A DNA stretch of 64,000 nt, from the NCBI GenBank assembly GCA_963796965.1, contig CAWCNS010000008.1, forward strand, positions 96,001-160,000, read 5' to 3'. The notes under the pieces were generated by a model that did not search any database, had not been told where the DNA came from, and was given only the letters and a program-made list of their open reading frames with translations. Made by a program: the position numbers and the translations under genes. The stretch comes from Calditrichia bacterium. Lineage in GTDB: Bacteria > Calditrichota > Calditrichia > JAJRVZ01. Shown here piece by piece: positions 45,117-56,767 of the stretch (position 1 is its first letter; each line of letters starts with the position of its first letter).

Positions 45117-45136
45117 TTATATCCTTTATTGGTTTC

Positions 45137-45218
<82 letters not shown>

Positions 45219-48200
45219 TCATTTAATCACCGCAAACTTACCTATCTTAACATCACCGGTTTCTTTCGACTCCACATGATAAAGATAATAACCGGCAGCG
45301 ATCTCCAGACCCTCCTTGCTCCGCAAATCCCAGTGTGCCGTACCGTTGGCAGATGAATTAAGATCCCACTGACTGGTACGCCCACTCTCTGAATTATCCA
45401 CATCTATCTCATCGATCAATACGCCACTGATAGTAAATATCCGGATTTTACACTGCGCCGGAATATGCGTAAACATGATTTGCCGCCGCTGATTGCGTTC
45501 CCAGTTCGCTACCGCGCCCTCCATCGTGTTTGTCACCACATAGGGATTCGGGACCACACGAATATTTTTCATATCCTCCTTTAACTGAGATTTGTCCAGT
45601 TCATCACCCAGACCGCCTACGGTAAACAGTACCGAATCAATATGATAAAAGGCCCGGTCAAAGTCGATCCGGTATACATCGTTAGTCTGCGGCATCTCAT
45701 TCGATGCATTCGCATCCGTAAATTCTAACTGAAAAATGGTCCCGCACCACAGATGGTTACCCGGAATCCGCGAATCGTCTTGCGAATGACCCACAAGTAC
45801 ATGATCAAACTCCGGATCATACTGTCCGTTGCCGTTTAGATCATTAACGACCATATCCAATATCGGATAGTTTCCCAGACTATCCGGAAACGTCTTATTG
45901 ACCACATAAAAATTAAATGATTGATCCAACAGCGTCTGGGCTCTGGGTATGGTATTCCCAAACCGGTCTTCAATTAATGTCGATGGCGTAATATAATTTG
46001 TACGGGTAGTATACTCTGTCGGGTTATCCGTCCAGATAAACTCGTACTGCCAGGGAAAGTACTCATAGTTATTTACAGATGTATAAAAGCGTACCGGTGA
46101 TTTGCCCACCACCCAACCGGAGTTGTCCGAACTGTATTTGGGCAAAACGGTCTGCATGCGGAAACGTAAACGCAGCCCTTCAAAAAGTTCGGTCGTAACA
46201 TCACGCTGATCGGTTACAACCCAGTATGGACGGGTATCTGATGAATCAAAATTCGACCCGGACAGATCATCTTTGGTCTCATGATAAACCAGAGAATCTC
46301 CCAGGGTGATATCGTAGACAAAAATCTCATCATTGAAAAACTTTGCCTCATAGGGACTGCGGTAGCGGGTATTGGTTTGCAGTGGTTTAAAATGGTCATC
46401 GTTTACATTATATTTTAATTTATAGGTATGTCCCTTTTGAACAATGTCACGGTCAAATACATCAATAGTAATCGGCAGACGCTGGGCGGTCTCGGAAATA
46501 TTATCCAAATCCAGATCAACGCCCTGCGACGGATAACCGGCAGCAAATTGAGCAGGCTTGACCACCGCTACATTCTGTGTGATCCGCCGGATCTCCTCGT
46601 TCTCATCGATCTCTAGAACAAAGGTATTCTCAGATGGCGATATCCCCCCACCCACTTCCGGCAGGCCATAATCATAGGCCACCAAGACATAATAATAGGT
46701 ACGCCCATTCTGAACCGTATTATCGATAAACGAATGGCTGATGCCGCTATCATCGCCAAGATAATACTCGATGCCGTTGATCTCGCCATAATCGGCAAAT
46801 CCCTTGCGATCATCAATCAGATCGCATTGATAAATCGCCTTACGCAGAGTGGCGCTGCCGTAACCATCGCTGATCGTTAAAGGATCGGCCATATAGGGAT
46901 CGCTTGAACGAAAAAGTTTATAGCCTTCAAAATCGTTGATATTTTTCGCAAAACTATCCCGGGTCAGTTGATCCGACTTATCGTCCCAGCTCAGATATAC
47001 CTTGCCGTCAGCAGGGTTAGCGGTCAGTTTGGGCATGAGTGGCGGTTGGGCAAAACGATAATCAGTCTCGTAGATCAGCTGGACGACTTCTTTTAGACGG
47101 AATAAGGCTGGTGCGCTGTGTTGTTCTGAATTCAAGCCGGCGAGAATTTCATAGGAATGCAGTTCAGAAATTGAAATACGTTCGGTAAGACCTTTGTGAA
47201 GGGGAAAAATGCCGGAAGCAAAATGTTCTAGAAAATTACGTGGTGACATCTGTGCTTCATCAAATTCACCCTCAAGATGCAACTCAAATATTTTTTGATC
47301 ATTCACCATGCTATATCCCCGGTCACTCCAGTCTAAAATATATCGAAAGGAGGTAAGACCTAGCATATCCGACTCACTGACATCGGTTTCAGCAAAATTG
47401 GGTTCTGCAATGCCTTCTACCCGGTCCGGACGGCCATTTGCTTCCGTGCCATCGGCATCAGGCCCGTAATAGTTCAGATCAAAGGGACCGACACCATCTA
47501 ATCCCACATCATCGCCAATATTTTCATCGGGATCATATTCACCATTGTTATTTTTATCGACCCATTCCTGCCAGTCCTGGTCTTCATCAGCATCCCAATG
47601 TTCTTTTAAATCGGATTCTTCTAGATTATAAAAGCTAAGAAAGTTATTCAAATCAGCAATCCCATCATAAGGGCCTATTTTTTGGGTTGCATCATTGTCC
47701 CGCGCCTCATCTACCAGACCATCCAAATCATTATCAAGACCATCATTGGGTTTTCCCGGACTCTCCAGGTAAGCCACACCATAGACACCGGGCTCCTTAC
47801 CGCCGCCCACCGGTATCCCATCCAGATCCCACGAATAGCACATATTTAGTGGTTTATTATAAAAAGCGATATCATCCCCATCTCCTGCTGATTCACCACC
47901 CACAGCATTGTCTGTCATCACCCCAAAATACATTTCCGGTAAATCATAGTCCGAAATATTGGCCATGGTATATTCCCAGAATATGGCGTCATGGGCAGAA
48001 GGATTACTCCATTGAAATCCCCTGGTTTGAACACGGATTCCCAGACCACCCCAGGGCAGCCCTTTCTGAATCGTCACATCCCCTTTTTTATCACCTATTT
48101 TAACATCAGGCCGGGGATAATATTTTACCTGATCTTCCGGTCCCAGATATTCCTGGTCATGAGCGTCATTTACAACAAAAAAACTCTCTAAATCCGCCTT

Positions 48201-48761
48201 CATCACCCCGCGCCCAAATCGGCCGTTCCATTCTCCCGGCCATATGGTTCCGTTATTGGGTCCTGGCCAGCCCTCAGGCGGCCAGGAATCTTCCCGGTTA
48301 CTCATCGCTGGCGTTTCGCTTAATTCATCAAAGTAACCAAATACGGGATAGAAACCCCATTCTACCGTACCGGTTGGATCTCTATCCATTAACAAACGAA
48401 AACTGGTTTGGCAATAATATAACGTATCCAGATCTGTTCGGGATGCAATTTCAACAGGATCAGTTACAGGGCTGGTGAGGTCCTCAAGATAAACACGGGC
48501 GCCGATGAGCAGACAAATACCATCATGCATTTTCGTGCCATCAAGGGTATTTGGCCATTTGGAACTAAACCAGGAAACATGGTCTCCCTGTTCTGTCGTA
48601 TTACGATAGAAGACTAAAACGCGGTTACCATTCATAAAACCTGAACGTTCCGCCGCGATATCTGAAGCCGGGTCATCAGGCCCCTCATAGAGACGGCCCT
48701 GAGCAAAAAGGTTTGCAGAGAAAAGGGTGTATATAATAATTAAATATTTAATAGGTTTCAT
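45219..48761 (-). CDS. Paralog D (1180 aa), intact
   Basis: Same architecture as G; ends KIGKFAVIK. Confidence 0.88.
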   Translation of the reverse strand: MKPIKYLIIIYTLFSANLFAQGRLYEGPDDPASDIAAERSGFMNGNRVLVFYRNTTEQGDHVSWFSSKWPNTLDGTKMHDGICLLIGARVYLEDLTSPVTDPVEIASRTDLDTLYYCQTSFRLLMDRDPTGTVEWGFYPVFGYFDELSETPAMSNREDSWPPEGWPGPNNGTIWPGEWNGRFGRGVMKADLESFFVVNDAHDQEYLGPEDQVKYYPRPDVKIGDKKGDVTIQKGLPWGGLGIRVQTRGFQWSNPSAHDAIFWEYTMANISDYDLPEMYFGVMTDNAVGGESAGDGDDIAFYNKPLNMCYSWDLDGIPVGGGKEPGVYGVAYLESPGKPNDGLDNDLDGLVDEARDNDATQKIGPYDGIADLNNFLSFYNLEESDLKEHWDADEDQDWQEWVDKNNNGEYDPDENIGDDVGLDGVGPFDLNYYGPDADGTEANGRPDRVEGIAEPNFAETDVSESDMLGLTSFRYILDWSDRGYSMVNDQKIFELHLEGEFDEAQMSPRNFLEHFASGIFPLHKGLTERISISELHSYEILAGLNSEQHSAPALFRLKEVVQLIYETDYRFAQPPLMPKLTANPADGKVYLSWDDKSDQLTRDSFAKNINDFEGYKLFRSSDPYMADPLTISDGYGSATLRKAIYQCDLIDDRKGFADYGEINGIEYYLGDDSGISHSFIDNTVQNGRTYYYVLVAYDYGLPEVGGGISPSENTFVLEIDENEEIRRITQNVAVVKPAQFAAGYPSQGVDLDLDNISETAQRLPITIDVFDRDIVQKGHTYKLKYNVNDDHFKPLQTNTRYRSPYEAKFFNDEIFVYDITLGDSLVYHETKDDLSGSNFDSSDTRPYWVVTDQRDVTTELFEGLRLRFRMQTVLPKYSSDNSGWVVGKSPVRFYTSVNNYEYFPWQYEFIWTDNPTEYTTRTNYITPSTLIEDRFGNTIPRAQTLLDQSFNFYVVNKTFPDSLGNYPILDMVVNDLNGNGQYDPEFDHVLVGHSQDDSRIPGNHLWCGTIFQLEFTDANASNEMPQTNDVYRIDFDRAFYHIDSVLFTVGGLGDELDKSQLKEDMKNIRVVPNPYVVTNTMEGAVANWERNQRRQIMFTHIPAQCKIRIFTISGVLIDEIDVDNSESGRTSQWDLNSSANGTAHWDLRSKEGLEIAAGYYLYHVESKETGDVKIGKFAVIK

Positions 48762-48785
48762 TTTTTTCCTTTACACTAGTATTAA

Positions 48786-49342
48786 AGGTAATTAGTGTAT
48801 TGGGTAATTAGGTTATTAGGTAATTGACAAACAAGGTAATTACTTCTTCAATTTATTTATATAGCCGATATAACCATTTAATGTTTTTAATGCTGATTCG
48901 ATTTCTTGTGCTCCCTTTTCGTAAGTTGATAAAGTGATATAGTTTAAATCATAACAAGTAATTAAGTGATCCTTGAGTTCAAACATTGAACCGCGTGAAA
49001 TTCTATAAAACTGAATCGATTCCTTAAAATGAAACCTACCATAACCTTCTGCGATATTAGCTGTGCAACTAACAGATGCATTCCTTATCTGCGACCCTAA
49101 ATAATACATTTCTTCTTTTGGTAAACGAGGGAGTACTTTCTGGTAAAAAGACAACTTAACTTCTCTCGCCAATTTCCAGCATTCTAAAGTAGTAAATTCT
49201 TTATAAACTTTATACGCTCCACCATCATCAGCCACTTTATAAACAATGCTATTTTGATCTTTAAAACTTTTCACCAAATCACCTAATCACCCTGATACCT
49301 TATGACCTAATTACCCAATTACCTTCTTACCCAATTACCTAA
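48786..49342. repeat. Filled octamer inverted repeat: arms 48786-48843 and 49278-49342 enclose a four-helix-bundle gene
   Basis: Left arm (GGTAATTR)n ends AAACAAGGTAATTAC, as at the empty site 29833-29847; right arm is (YAATTACC)n. Confidence 0.9.
48840..49277 (-). CDS. Four-helix-bundle protein (23S rRNA IVP/TIGR02436-like)
   Basis: FTTLECWKLA..LPKEEMYYLGSQIRNASVSCTANIAEGYGR..RGSMFEL..TLNGYI. Start is TTG 49277 or GTG 49274. Confidence 0.9.
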   Translation of the reverse strand: MVKSFKDQNSIVYKVADDGGAYKVYKEFTTLECWKLAREVKLSFYQKVLPRLPKEEMYYLGSQIRNASVSCTANIAEGYGRFHFKESIQFYRISRGSMFELKDHLITCYDLNYITLSTYEKGAQEIESALKTLNGYIGYINKLKK

Positions 49343-49343
49343 A

Positions 49344-52300
49344 TCATTTAATCACCGCAAACTTACCTATCTTAACATCACCGGTTACTTTCGACTCCAC
49401 ATGATAAAGATAATAACCGGCAGCGATCTCCAGACCCTCCTTGCTCCGCAAATCCCAGTGTGCCGTACCGTTGGCAGATGAATTAAGATCCCACTGACTG
49501 GTACGCCCACTCTCTGAATTATCCACATCTATCTCATCGATCAATACGCCACTGATAGTAAATATCCGGATTTTACACTGCGCCGGAATATGCGTAAACA
49601 TGATTTGTCGTTCTTGATTACGATCCCAGTTCGCTACCGCGCCCTCCATCGTGTTTGTCACCACATAGGGATTCGGAACCACACGAATATTTTTCATATC
49701 CTCCTTTAACTGAGATTTGTCCAGTTCATCACCCAGACCGCCTACGGTAAACAGTACCGAATCAATATGATAAAAGGCCCGGTCAAAGTCGATCCGGTAT
49801 ACATCGTTAGTCTGCGGCATCTCATTCGATGCACTCGCATCCGTAAATTCTAACTGAAAAATGGTCCCGCACCACAGATGGTTACCCGGAATCCGCGAAT
49901 CGTCCTGCGAATGACCCACAAGTACATGATCAAACTCCGGATCATACTGTCCGTTGCCGTTTAGATCATTAACGACCATATCCAATATCGGATAGTTTCC
50001 CAGACTATCCGGAAAGGTCTTATTGACCACATAAAAATTAAATGATTGATCCAACAGCGTCTGGGCTCTGGGTATGGTATTCCCAAACCGGTCTTCAATT
50101 AATGTCGATGGCGTAATATAATTTGTACGGGTAGTATACTCTGTCGGGTTATCCGTCCAGATAAACTCGTACTGCCAGGGAAAGTACTCATAGTTATTTA
50201 CAGATGTATAAAAGCGTACCGGTGATTTGCCCACCACCCAACCGGAGTTGTCCGAACTGTATTTGGGCAAAACGGTCTGCATGCGGAAACGTAAACGCAG
50301 CCCTTCAAATAGTTCGGTCGTAACATCACGCTGATCGGTTACAACCCAGTATGGACGGGTATCTGATGAATCAAAATTCGACCCGGACAGATCATCTTTG
50401 GTCTCATGATAAACCAGAGAATCTCCCAGCGTGATATCGTATACAAAAATCTCATCATTGAAAAACTTTGCCTCATAGGGACTGCGGTAGCGGGTATTGG
50501 TTTGCAGTGGTTTAAAATGGTCATCGTTTACATTATATTTTAATTTATAGGTATGTCCCTTTTGAACAATGTCACGGTCAAATACATCAATAGTAATCGG
50601 CAGACGCTGGGCGGTCTCGGAAATATTATCCGAATCCACATCAACGCCCTGCGACGGATAACCGGCAGCAAATTGAGCAGGCTTGACCACCGCCACATTC
50701 TGTGTGATCCGCCGGATCTCCTCGTTCTCATCGATCTCTAGAACAAAGGTATTCTCAGATGGCGATATCCCCCCACCCACTTCCGGCAGGCCATAATCAT
50801 AGGCCACCAGGACATAATAATAGGTACGGCCATTCTGAACCGTATTATCGATAAACGAATGGCTGATGCCGCTATCATCGCCAAGATAATACTCGATGCC
50901 GTTGATCTCACCGTAATCGGCAAATCCCTTGCGATCATCAATCAGATCACATTGATAAATCGCCTTACGTAAAGTCGGGCTGCCGTAACCATCGGTAATA
51001 ATCATCGGATCGGCGATATATGGATCGCTTGAACGAAAAAGTTTATAGCCTTCAAAATCGTTGATATTTTTTGCAAAACTGTCCCGGGTCAGTTGATCCG
51101 ACTTATCGTCCCAGCTCAGATATACCTTGCCGTCAGCAGGGTTAGCGGTCAGTTTGGGCATGAGTGGCGGTTGGGCAAAACGATAATCTGTCTCATAGAT
51201 CAGCTGGACGACTTCTTTTAGACGGAATAAGGCTGGTGCACTGTGTTGTTCTGAATTCAAGCCGGCGAGAATTTCATAGGAATGCAGTTCAGACATGGAA
51301 ATCCTTTCGGTCAGCCCTTTATGAAGCGGAAAGAGACCGGAAGCAAATTGTTCCACAAAATTCCGCGGCTCCATCTGGGCCTCATCAAATTCACCTTTAC
51401 TATGTAATTCAAATAAATTTTGATCCGCAGCAACACCATAAAAATCTCCACCCCAGTTAAAAATATATTTAAACGAAGTTAATCCTAACATATCGGATTC
51501 ACTGACATCGGTTTCAGCAAAATTGGGTTCGGCAATGCCTTCTATCCGGTCCGGACGGCCATTTGCTTCCGTGCCATCGGCATCAGGCCCGTAATAGTTC
51601 AGATCAAAGGGACCGACACCATCTAATCCCACATCATCACCAATATTTTCATCGGGATCATATTCACCATTGTTATTTTTATCGACCCATTCCTGCCAGT
51701 CCTGGTCTTCATCCGCATCCCAATGCTCTTTCAAATCGGATTCTTCTAGATTATAAAAGCTAAGAAAGTTATTCAAATCAGTAATCCCATCATAAGGGCC
51801 AATTTTTTGGGTTGCATCATTGTCCCGCGCCTCATCTACCAGACCATCCAAATCATTATCAATGCCATCATTGGGTATACCAGGACTTTCCAGATAGGCC
51901 AGGGCATAGACCCCCGGCTCCTTACCGCCACCCACCGGTATCCCATCAAGATCCCATGCATAACACATATTTAATTCTTTATTATAAAATGCAATATCAT
52001 CCGCACCACTCAGATGATTCTCCCCCCACAGCATTATCGGTATATAATCCAAAATACATTTCCGGTAAATCATAATCCGAAATATTGGCGATGGTATATT
52101 CCCAGAAAATGGCATCATGGGCGGAAGGATTACTCCACTGAAAGCCCCGTGTCTGGATACGGATTCCAATGCCGCCCCAGGGCAGACCTTTCTGAATGGT
52201 CACATCCGCTTTTTTATCACCAATTAATAACACCAGGCCGGGGATAATATTTTACCTGATCTTCCGGTCCCAGATATTCCTGGTCCTGGGCATCATTGAC

Positions 52301-52892
52301 TATAAAAAAACTTTCCTGATCGGCTTTCAGGACCCCGCGCCAAACGGCCGTTCCATTCTCCCGGCCATATTAAACGTTTCCATTATCGGGTCCCGGCCAG
52401 CCCACATGGCGGCCAGGAATCTTCCCGGTTACTCATCGCCGGGGTTTCGCTCAATTCATCAAAATAGCCAAAAACGGGATAAAGACCCCACTCTACCGTA
52501 CCGGTTGGATCTCTATCCATATGCTCACGATAGCTGGACTGACAATAATATAAGGTATCCAGGTCCGTTCGGGATGCAATTTCAACAGGATCGGTTACCG
52601 GTATAGAATCATTTTCAATATAGACACGGGCGCCAACTAATAAGGCAATTCCATCATGCATTTTTGTGCCATCAAGGGTATTTGGCCATTTGGAACTAAA
52701 CCAGGAAACATGTGCACCCTGTTCTGTCGTGTTCCGGTAATAGAGCAGAACCCGATTGCCGCTCATAAAACCGGCACGCTCTGCGGCAATATCTCCGGCA
52801 GGATCATCAGGCCCCTCATAAGGCCGTCCCTGGGCAAACAGATTCGTAGAGAAAAGGGTGTATGCAATTAGTAAATAGATTAAATGTCTCAT
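49344..52892 (-). CDS. Paralog C, with about five indels clustered at 52000-52410
   Basis: Fragments 52383-52892, 51997-52233 and 49344-52169 are colinear with D/E. Confidence 0.8.
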
Positions 52893-52925
52893 TTTTTTCC
52901 TCTATGTTTTATATAAAAGTATTTT

Positions 52926-53049
52926 GGTTATCAGGTAATTGGGTAATTTGGTAATTAGGTTATTAGGTAATTGGGTAATCGGTAATATCCTAATTACCCT
53001 GTTACCCTGTTACCCAATTACCCAATTACCCGGTTTCCTAACCACCTAA
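52926..53049. repeat. Empty octamer inverted repeat
   Basis: Arms 52926-52986 and 52989-53049. Confidence 0.9.
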
Positions 53050-56000
53050 TCATTTTATCACCGCAAATTTTCCTATCTTTACATCACCGGTCACCTTCGA
53101 CTCCACATGATAAAGATAATAACCAGCTGCAATTTCCAACCCCTCTTTGCTACGCAGATCCCAATGAACGGTTCCGTTTGCATCCGAATTCAAATCCCAT
53201 GACGTCCCACGATTTTCCAACGAATTATCTACTTCTATCTGATCTATCAATACCCCACTGATAGTAAATATCCTGACCGTACATTGCGCTGGTATATGCG
53301 TAAACATAATCTGACGACGCTGATTGCGATCCCAGTTCGCTACCGCGCTCTCCATCGTATTCGTCACCACATAGGGATTAGGAACCACACGTATCTTTTC
53401 CATCTCTTCGGCTATATTTCCTTCGTCCAAATCGTCTTCCAAGCCTTCTACCGTGAATACCAGTGAATCATTCGTATAAAACGGACGCTCAAAATCAATC
53501 CGATAGGTGTCATTCGCCTGCGGCATGTCCCCCGCATCTACAATATCACGAAAATCTAACGTAAAAAAGGTGTTGCTCCACACATTACCCAGTCGATCCT
53601 CGATCACATCGCCCACCAATACATAATCCGAATCCGCATTAAACATGCCGTTGCCATCAAAATCATAGACAACCATATCCATCAACGGATGATTACCCGT
53701 CGTGTCCGTAAAAGATTTGTTTACGATATAAAAATTAAAACTCTCACCCAGAAGTATATCCTGCCTGGATAAAAAATTACCTTCGTGATCCGTTATGTTC
53801 AAAATCACCTCTGTACGGCTCGTGTACACGGAGTCATCGCTCCAGATGATCTCATAATTCCAGGGAAAATAGCGCCACACATCTCTGAACACGATATCAT
53901 TTCCATTTGGGAGTTGTCTTAAATTAAAATTTACCGGCGAATCACCTACCACCCAACCCGTATTATTTATATCTTTCTCCGCCCAGATATAAGGCGCCTG
54001 ACAGCGTAAACGTAAACCATCAAATACATCCGTAACTACATCCTGTGTAATCGCCAGATGGTGGTATACATAGATCTCATTGTAACTGATAAGATACCTG
54101 ACCGTGTCCAGATTTTGGGCGACATAATTATCTTTCGTCTCCTGGTAAATCAACGAATCCCCAAGCGTAACATCGTAAACTTCTATACCATCGTTTAAAA
54201 ACAAGGCATCATAGGGACTGCGGTAACGTCCGTTCGTTTGGTTATAATCTACAGCGTTTACAGATAATTTTACCTTATAGGTATGACCTTTCTTAACGAC
54301 ATGATTATCGTAGATCTCAGGTATTATCTGATACTTCTGAGCAGCCGCCGTACTTCTTTCACTGTCTATATCTATCCCCGGCGTGTGATAACCGGCCGCT
54401 TTCTGATGCGGTTTAACTATCACTACATTGGGCGATATACGGCGAATGTTCTCATTCTCATCCAATTCAAGTACAAAGGTATTCTCTGAAGGTGGTATAC
54501 CTGTTCCAACGTCCGGTACGCCGTAATCATAGGCCACCAGAACGTAATAATAGGTACGCCCATTCTGAACCGTATTATCAATAAACGAACGGGATAAGCC
54601 GGTGTCATCACCCAGATAATATCCCGTCCCGTTGATTAAACCGAAATCCGTAAAATCAGTCTTGTTATCAATCTTGTCACACTGAAAAATCGGTTGACGC
54701 AGCAATGCACTGCCGTAGCCATCAGTGATTATCATTGGATCGGCCATGAACGGATCGGAGGAACGGTAAAGTTTATAGCCTTCAAAATCATTGGCATTTT
54801 TCACAAATGCATCACGCGTATACTTATCGGATTTATCATCCCAGTAGAGAGCCACTTTACTGTCACCAGGGGTCGCAGTGAGTGTGGGCATCAGCGGTGG
54901 CTGGGCAAAACGGTAATCCGACTCATAAATAAGTTGTACCACTTCCTTTAAGCGGAATAGAGCCGGTGATTTATGGGCAGAAGAATTTAAACCGGCCAGG
55001 GGATCATAGGTATGCAACTCGGACATGGAAATACGTTCGGTTAAACCCTTATGTAAGGGAAACAAACCGGAGGCAAACTGTTGTCTGAAATTGGAAGGTA
55101 CCATATAGGCTTCTTCTATAATTCCACTGGATAAAAATTTAAACATCTTTTCATCCTGTGACATGATTTCTTTACCTGGACCCCAATCATAGTGGTATCG
55201 AAAAGTCGTCAAACCCAACATATCTGTCTCGTTAACATCCGTTAACCCGAAATTCGGCTCCGCTCCCAGACCTTCCAGGAGATCCGGTTTGTGATTACAT
55301 TCCGTGCCATCCACATCTGGACCGCTATAATTCAGATCATAAGGCCCGACCCCATCCAAACCAAGATCATCCCCGGGATCCTCGCCAACATCATATTTGC
55401 CGTTTTCATTGGCATCATCTCCGTCACGCCAATCCTGATCCTCATCCGCATCCCAATGCTCTTTCAAATCTGATTCTTTCAGATTATAGAAATTTAGAAA
55501 ATCACTCAAATTATAAATGCCGTCAGTAGGGCCAACTTTAACTTCAGCAACATTATCACGCATTTCATTTAACAAGCCATCTTGATCATTATCGATATCA
55601 TCATTCGGTATGCCAGGAGTTTCCAAATAGGCGACGCCTAAAACACCTGGCTGTTTTCCGCCACCTAGTGAAAGACCATCCGTATCCCATGCGTAATACA
55701 TATTCAGTTCTTTAACATGGTAGGCTACATCATCAGCACCGTCATATTCCTCTCCTCCAACGCCGATAGCGATATAATAACCAAAAAGAACTTCAGGAAT
55801 ATCATAATCAGATATATTGGCTATCGTATACTCCCAGAATATGGCATCCATAGCAGCAGGATTACTCCACTGAAATCCCCGGACTTCAGTTCGTATACCG
55901 ACACCGCCCCATGGAAGACCCTTCTGAATTGTCACATCCGGTTTCTTTTCTCCGATTAGTACGCCGGGACGGGGATAGTATTTTACAGTATCTTCAGGAC

Positions 56001-56628
56001 CCAGATATTCCTGATCCTGGGCATCATTAACCACAAAATAACTTTCCTGATCGGCCTTCATAACTCCACGCCCAAAACGACCATTCCATTCTCCAGGCCA
56101 TTTCAACTCATCACCCCGCGCCGGCCAACCCAATGGCGGCCAGGAATCCTCCCGGTTACTCATCGCCGGAGTTTCGCTCACTTCATTAAAATAACCAAAA
56201 ACAGGATACATACCCCATTCAATGGTTCCGGTAGGATCTCTATCTATATGTTGGCGAAAACTGCTCTGCATGAAATAAAGCGTGTCACGGATTGCGCTAT
56301 TTTGAGGAGGTATAGAAGGGTCTTCGGCTGGTATGCTATCATTATCTACATAGACCCTCGCGCCAGTGAGCACCGCAACCCCATCGATCATCTTAGTCCC
56401 TTCATAATTGTTGGGCCATTTGGAAACGTCGTACCCCAGGTCACAACAATCCGAAAGTTCAGTTGTATTTCGAAAGAATAGTAAGATACGATTACCAGTC
56501 ATCCAACCAGTTCTTTCTGCTGAAATATCTCCGGCAGGATCATCCGGCCCTTCATAGGGACGTCCCTGGGCAAAAAGGTTTGTAGAGAAGAGGGTGAATA
56601 TTATAATTAAAAGAATAATCTTTTTCAT
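53050..56628 (-). CDS. Paralog B (1192 aa), intact
   Basis: Same architecture as the other paralogs; DCCDLGY loop. Confidence 0.88.
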   Translation of the reverse strand: MKKIILLIIIFTLFSTNLFAQGRPYEGPDDPAGDISAERTGWMTGNRILLFFRNTTELSDCCDLGYDVSKWPNNYEGTKMIDGVAVLTGARVYVDNDSIPAEDPSIPPQNSAIRDTLYFMQSSFRQHIDRDPTGTIEWGMYPVFGYFNEVSETPAMSNREDSWPPLGWPARGDELKWPGEWNGRFGRGVMKADQESYFVVNDAQDQEYLGPEDTVKYYPRPGVLIGEKKPDVTIQKGLPWGGVGIRTEVRGFQWSNPAAMDAIFWEYTIANISDYDIPEVLFGYYIAIGVGGEEYDGADDVAYHVKELNMYYAWDTDGLSLGGGKQPGVLGVAYLETPGIPNDDIDNDQDGLLNEMRDNVAEVKVGPTDGIYNLSDFLNFYNLKESDLKEHWDADEDQDWRDGDDANENGKYDVGEDPGDDLGLDGVGPYDLNYSGPDVDGTECNHKPDLLEGLGAEPNFGLTDVNETDMLGLTTFRYHYDWGPGKEIMSQDEKMFKFLSSGIIEEAYMVPSNFRQQFASGLFPLHKGLTERISMSELHTYDPLAGLNSSAHKSPALFRLKEVVQLIYESDYRFAQPPLMPTLTATPGDSKVALYWDDKSDKYTRDAFVKNANDFEGYKLYRSSDPFMADPMIITDGYGSALLRQPIFQCDKIDNKTDFTDFGLINGTGYYLGDDTGLSRSFIDNTVQNGRTYYYVLVAYDYGVPDVGTGIPPSENTFVLELDENENIRRISPNVVIVKPHQKAAGYHTPGIDIDSERSTAAAQKYQIIPEIYDNHVVKKGHTYKVKLSVNAVDYNQTNGRYRSPYDALFLNDGIEVYDVTLGDSLIYQETKDNYVAQNLDTVRYLISYNEIYVYHHLAITQDVVTDVFDGLRLRCQAPYIWAEKDINNTGWVVGDSPVNFNLRQLPNGNDIVFRDVWRYFPWNYEIIWSDDSVYTSRTEVILNITDHEGNFLSRQDILLGESFNFYIVNKSFTDTTGNHPLMDMVVYDFDGNGMFNADSDYVLVGDVIEDRLGNVWSNTFFTLDFRDIVDAGDMPQANDTYRIDFERPFYTNDSLVFTVEGLEDDLDEGNIAEEMEKIRVVPNPYVVTNTMESAVANWDRNQRRQIMFTHIPAQCTVRIFTISGVLIDQIEVDNSLENRGTSWDLNSDANGTVHWDLRSKEGLEIAAGYYLYHVESKVTGDVKIGKFAVIK

Positions 56629-56645
56629 TTATATTATGCTATATT

Positions 56646-56767
56646 GGTGATAATGGTAATAAGGTAATTAGGTTATTAGGTAATTGGGTAATCAGGTAAT
56701 AAAGGTAAATCCTAATTACCCTGTTACCCTGTTACCCAATTACCCGATTAGTTTCCTAACCACCTAA
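56646..56767. repeat. Empty octamer inverted repeat
   Basis: Arms 56646-56708 and 56711-56767. Confidence 0.9.
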
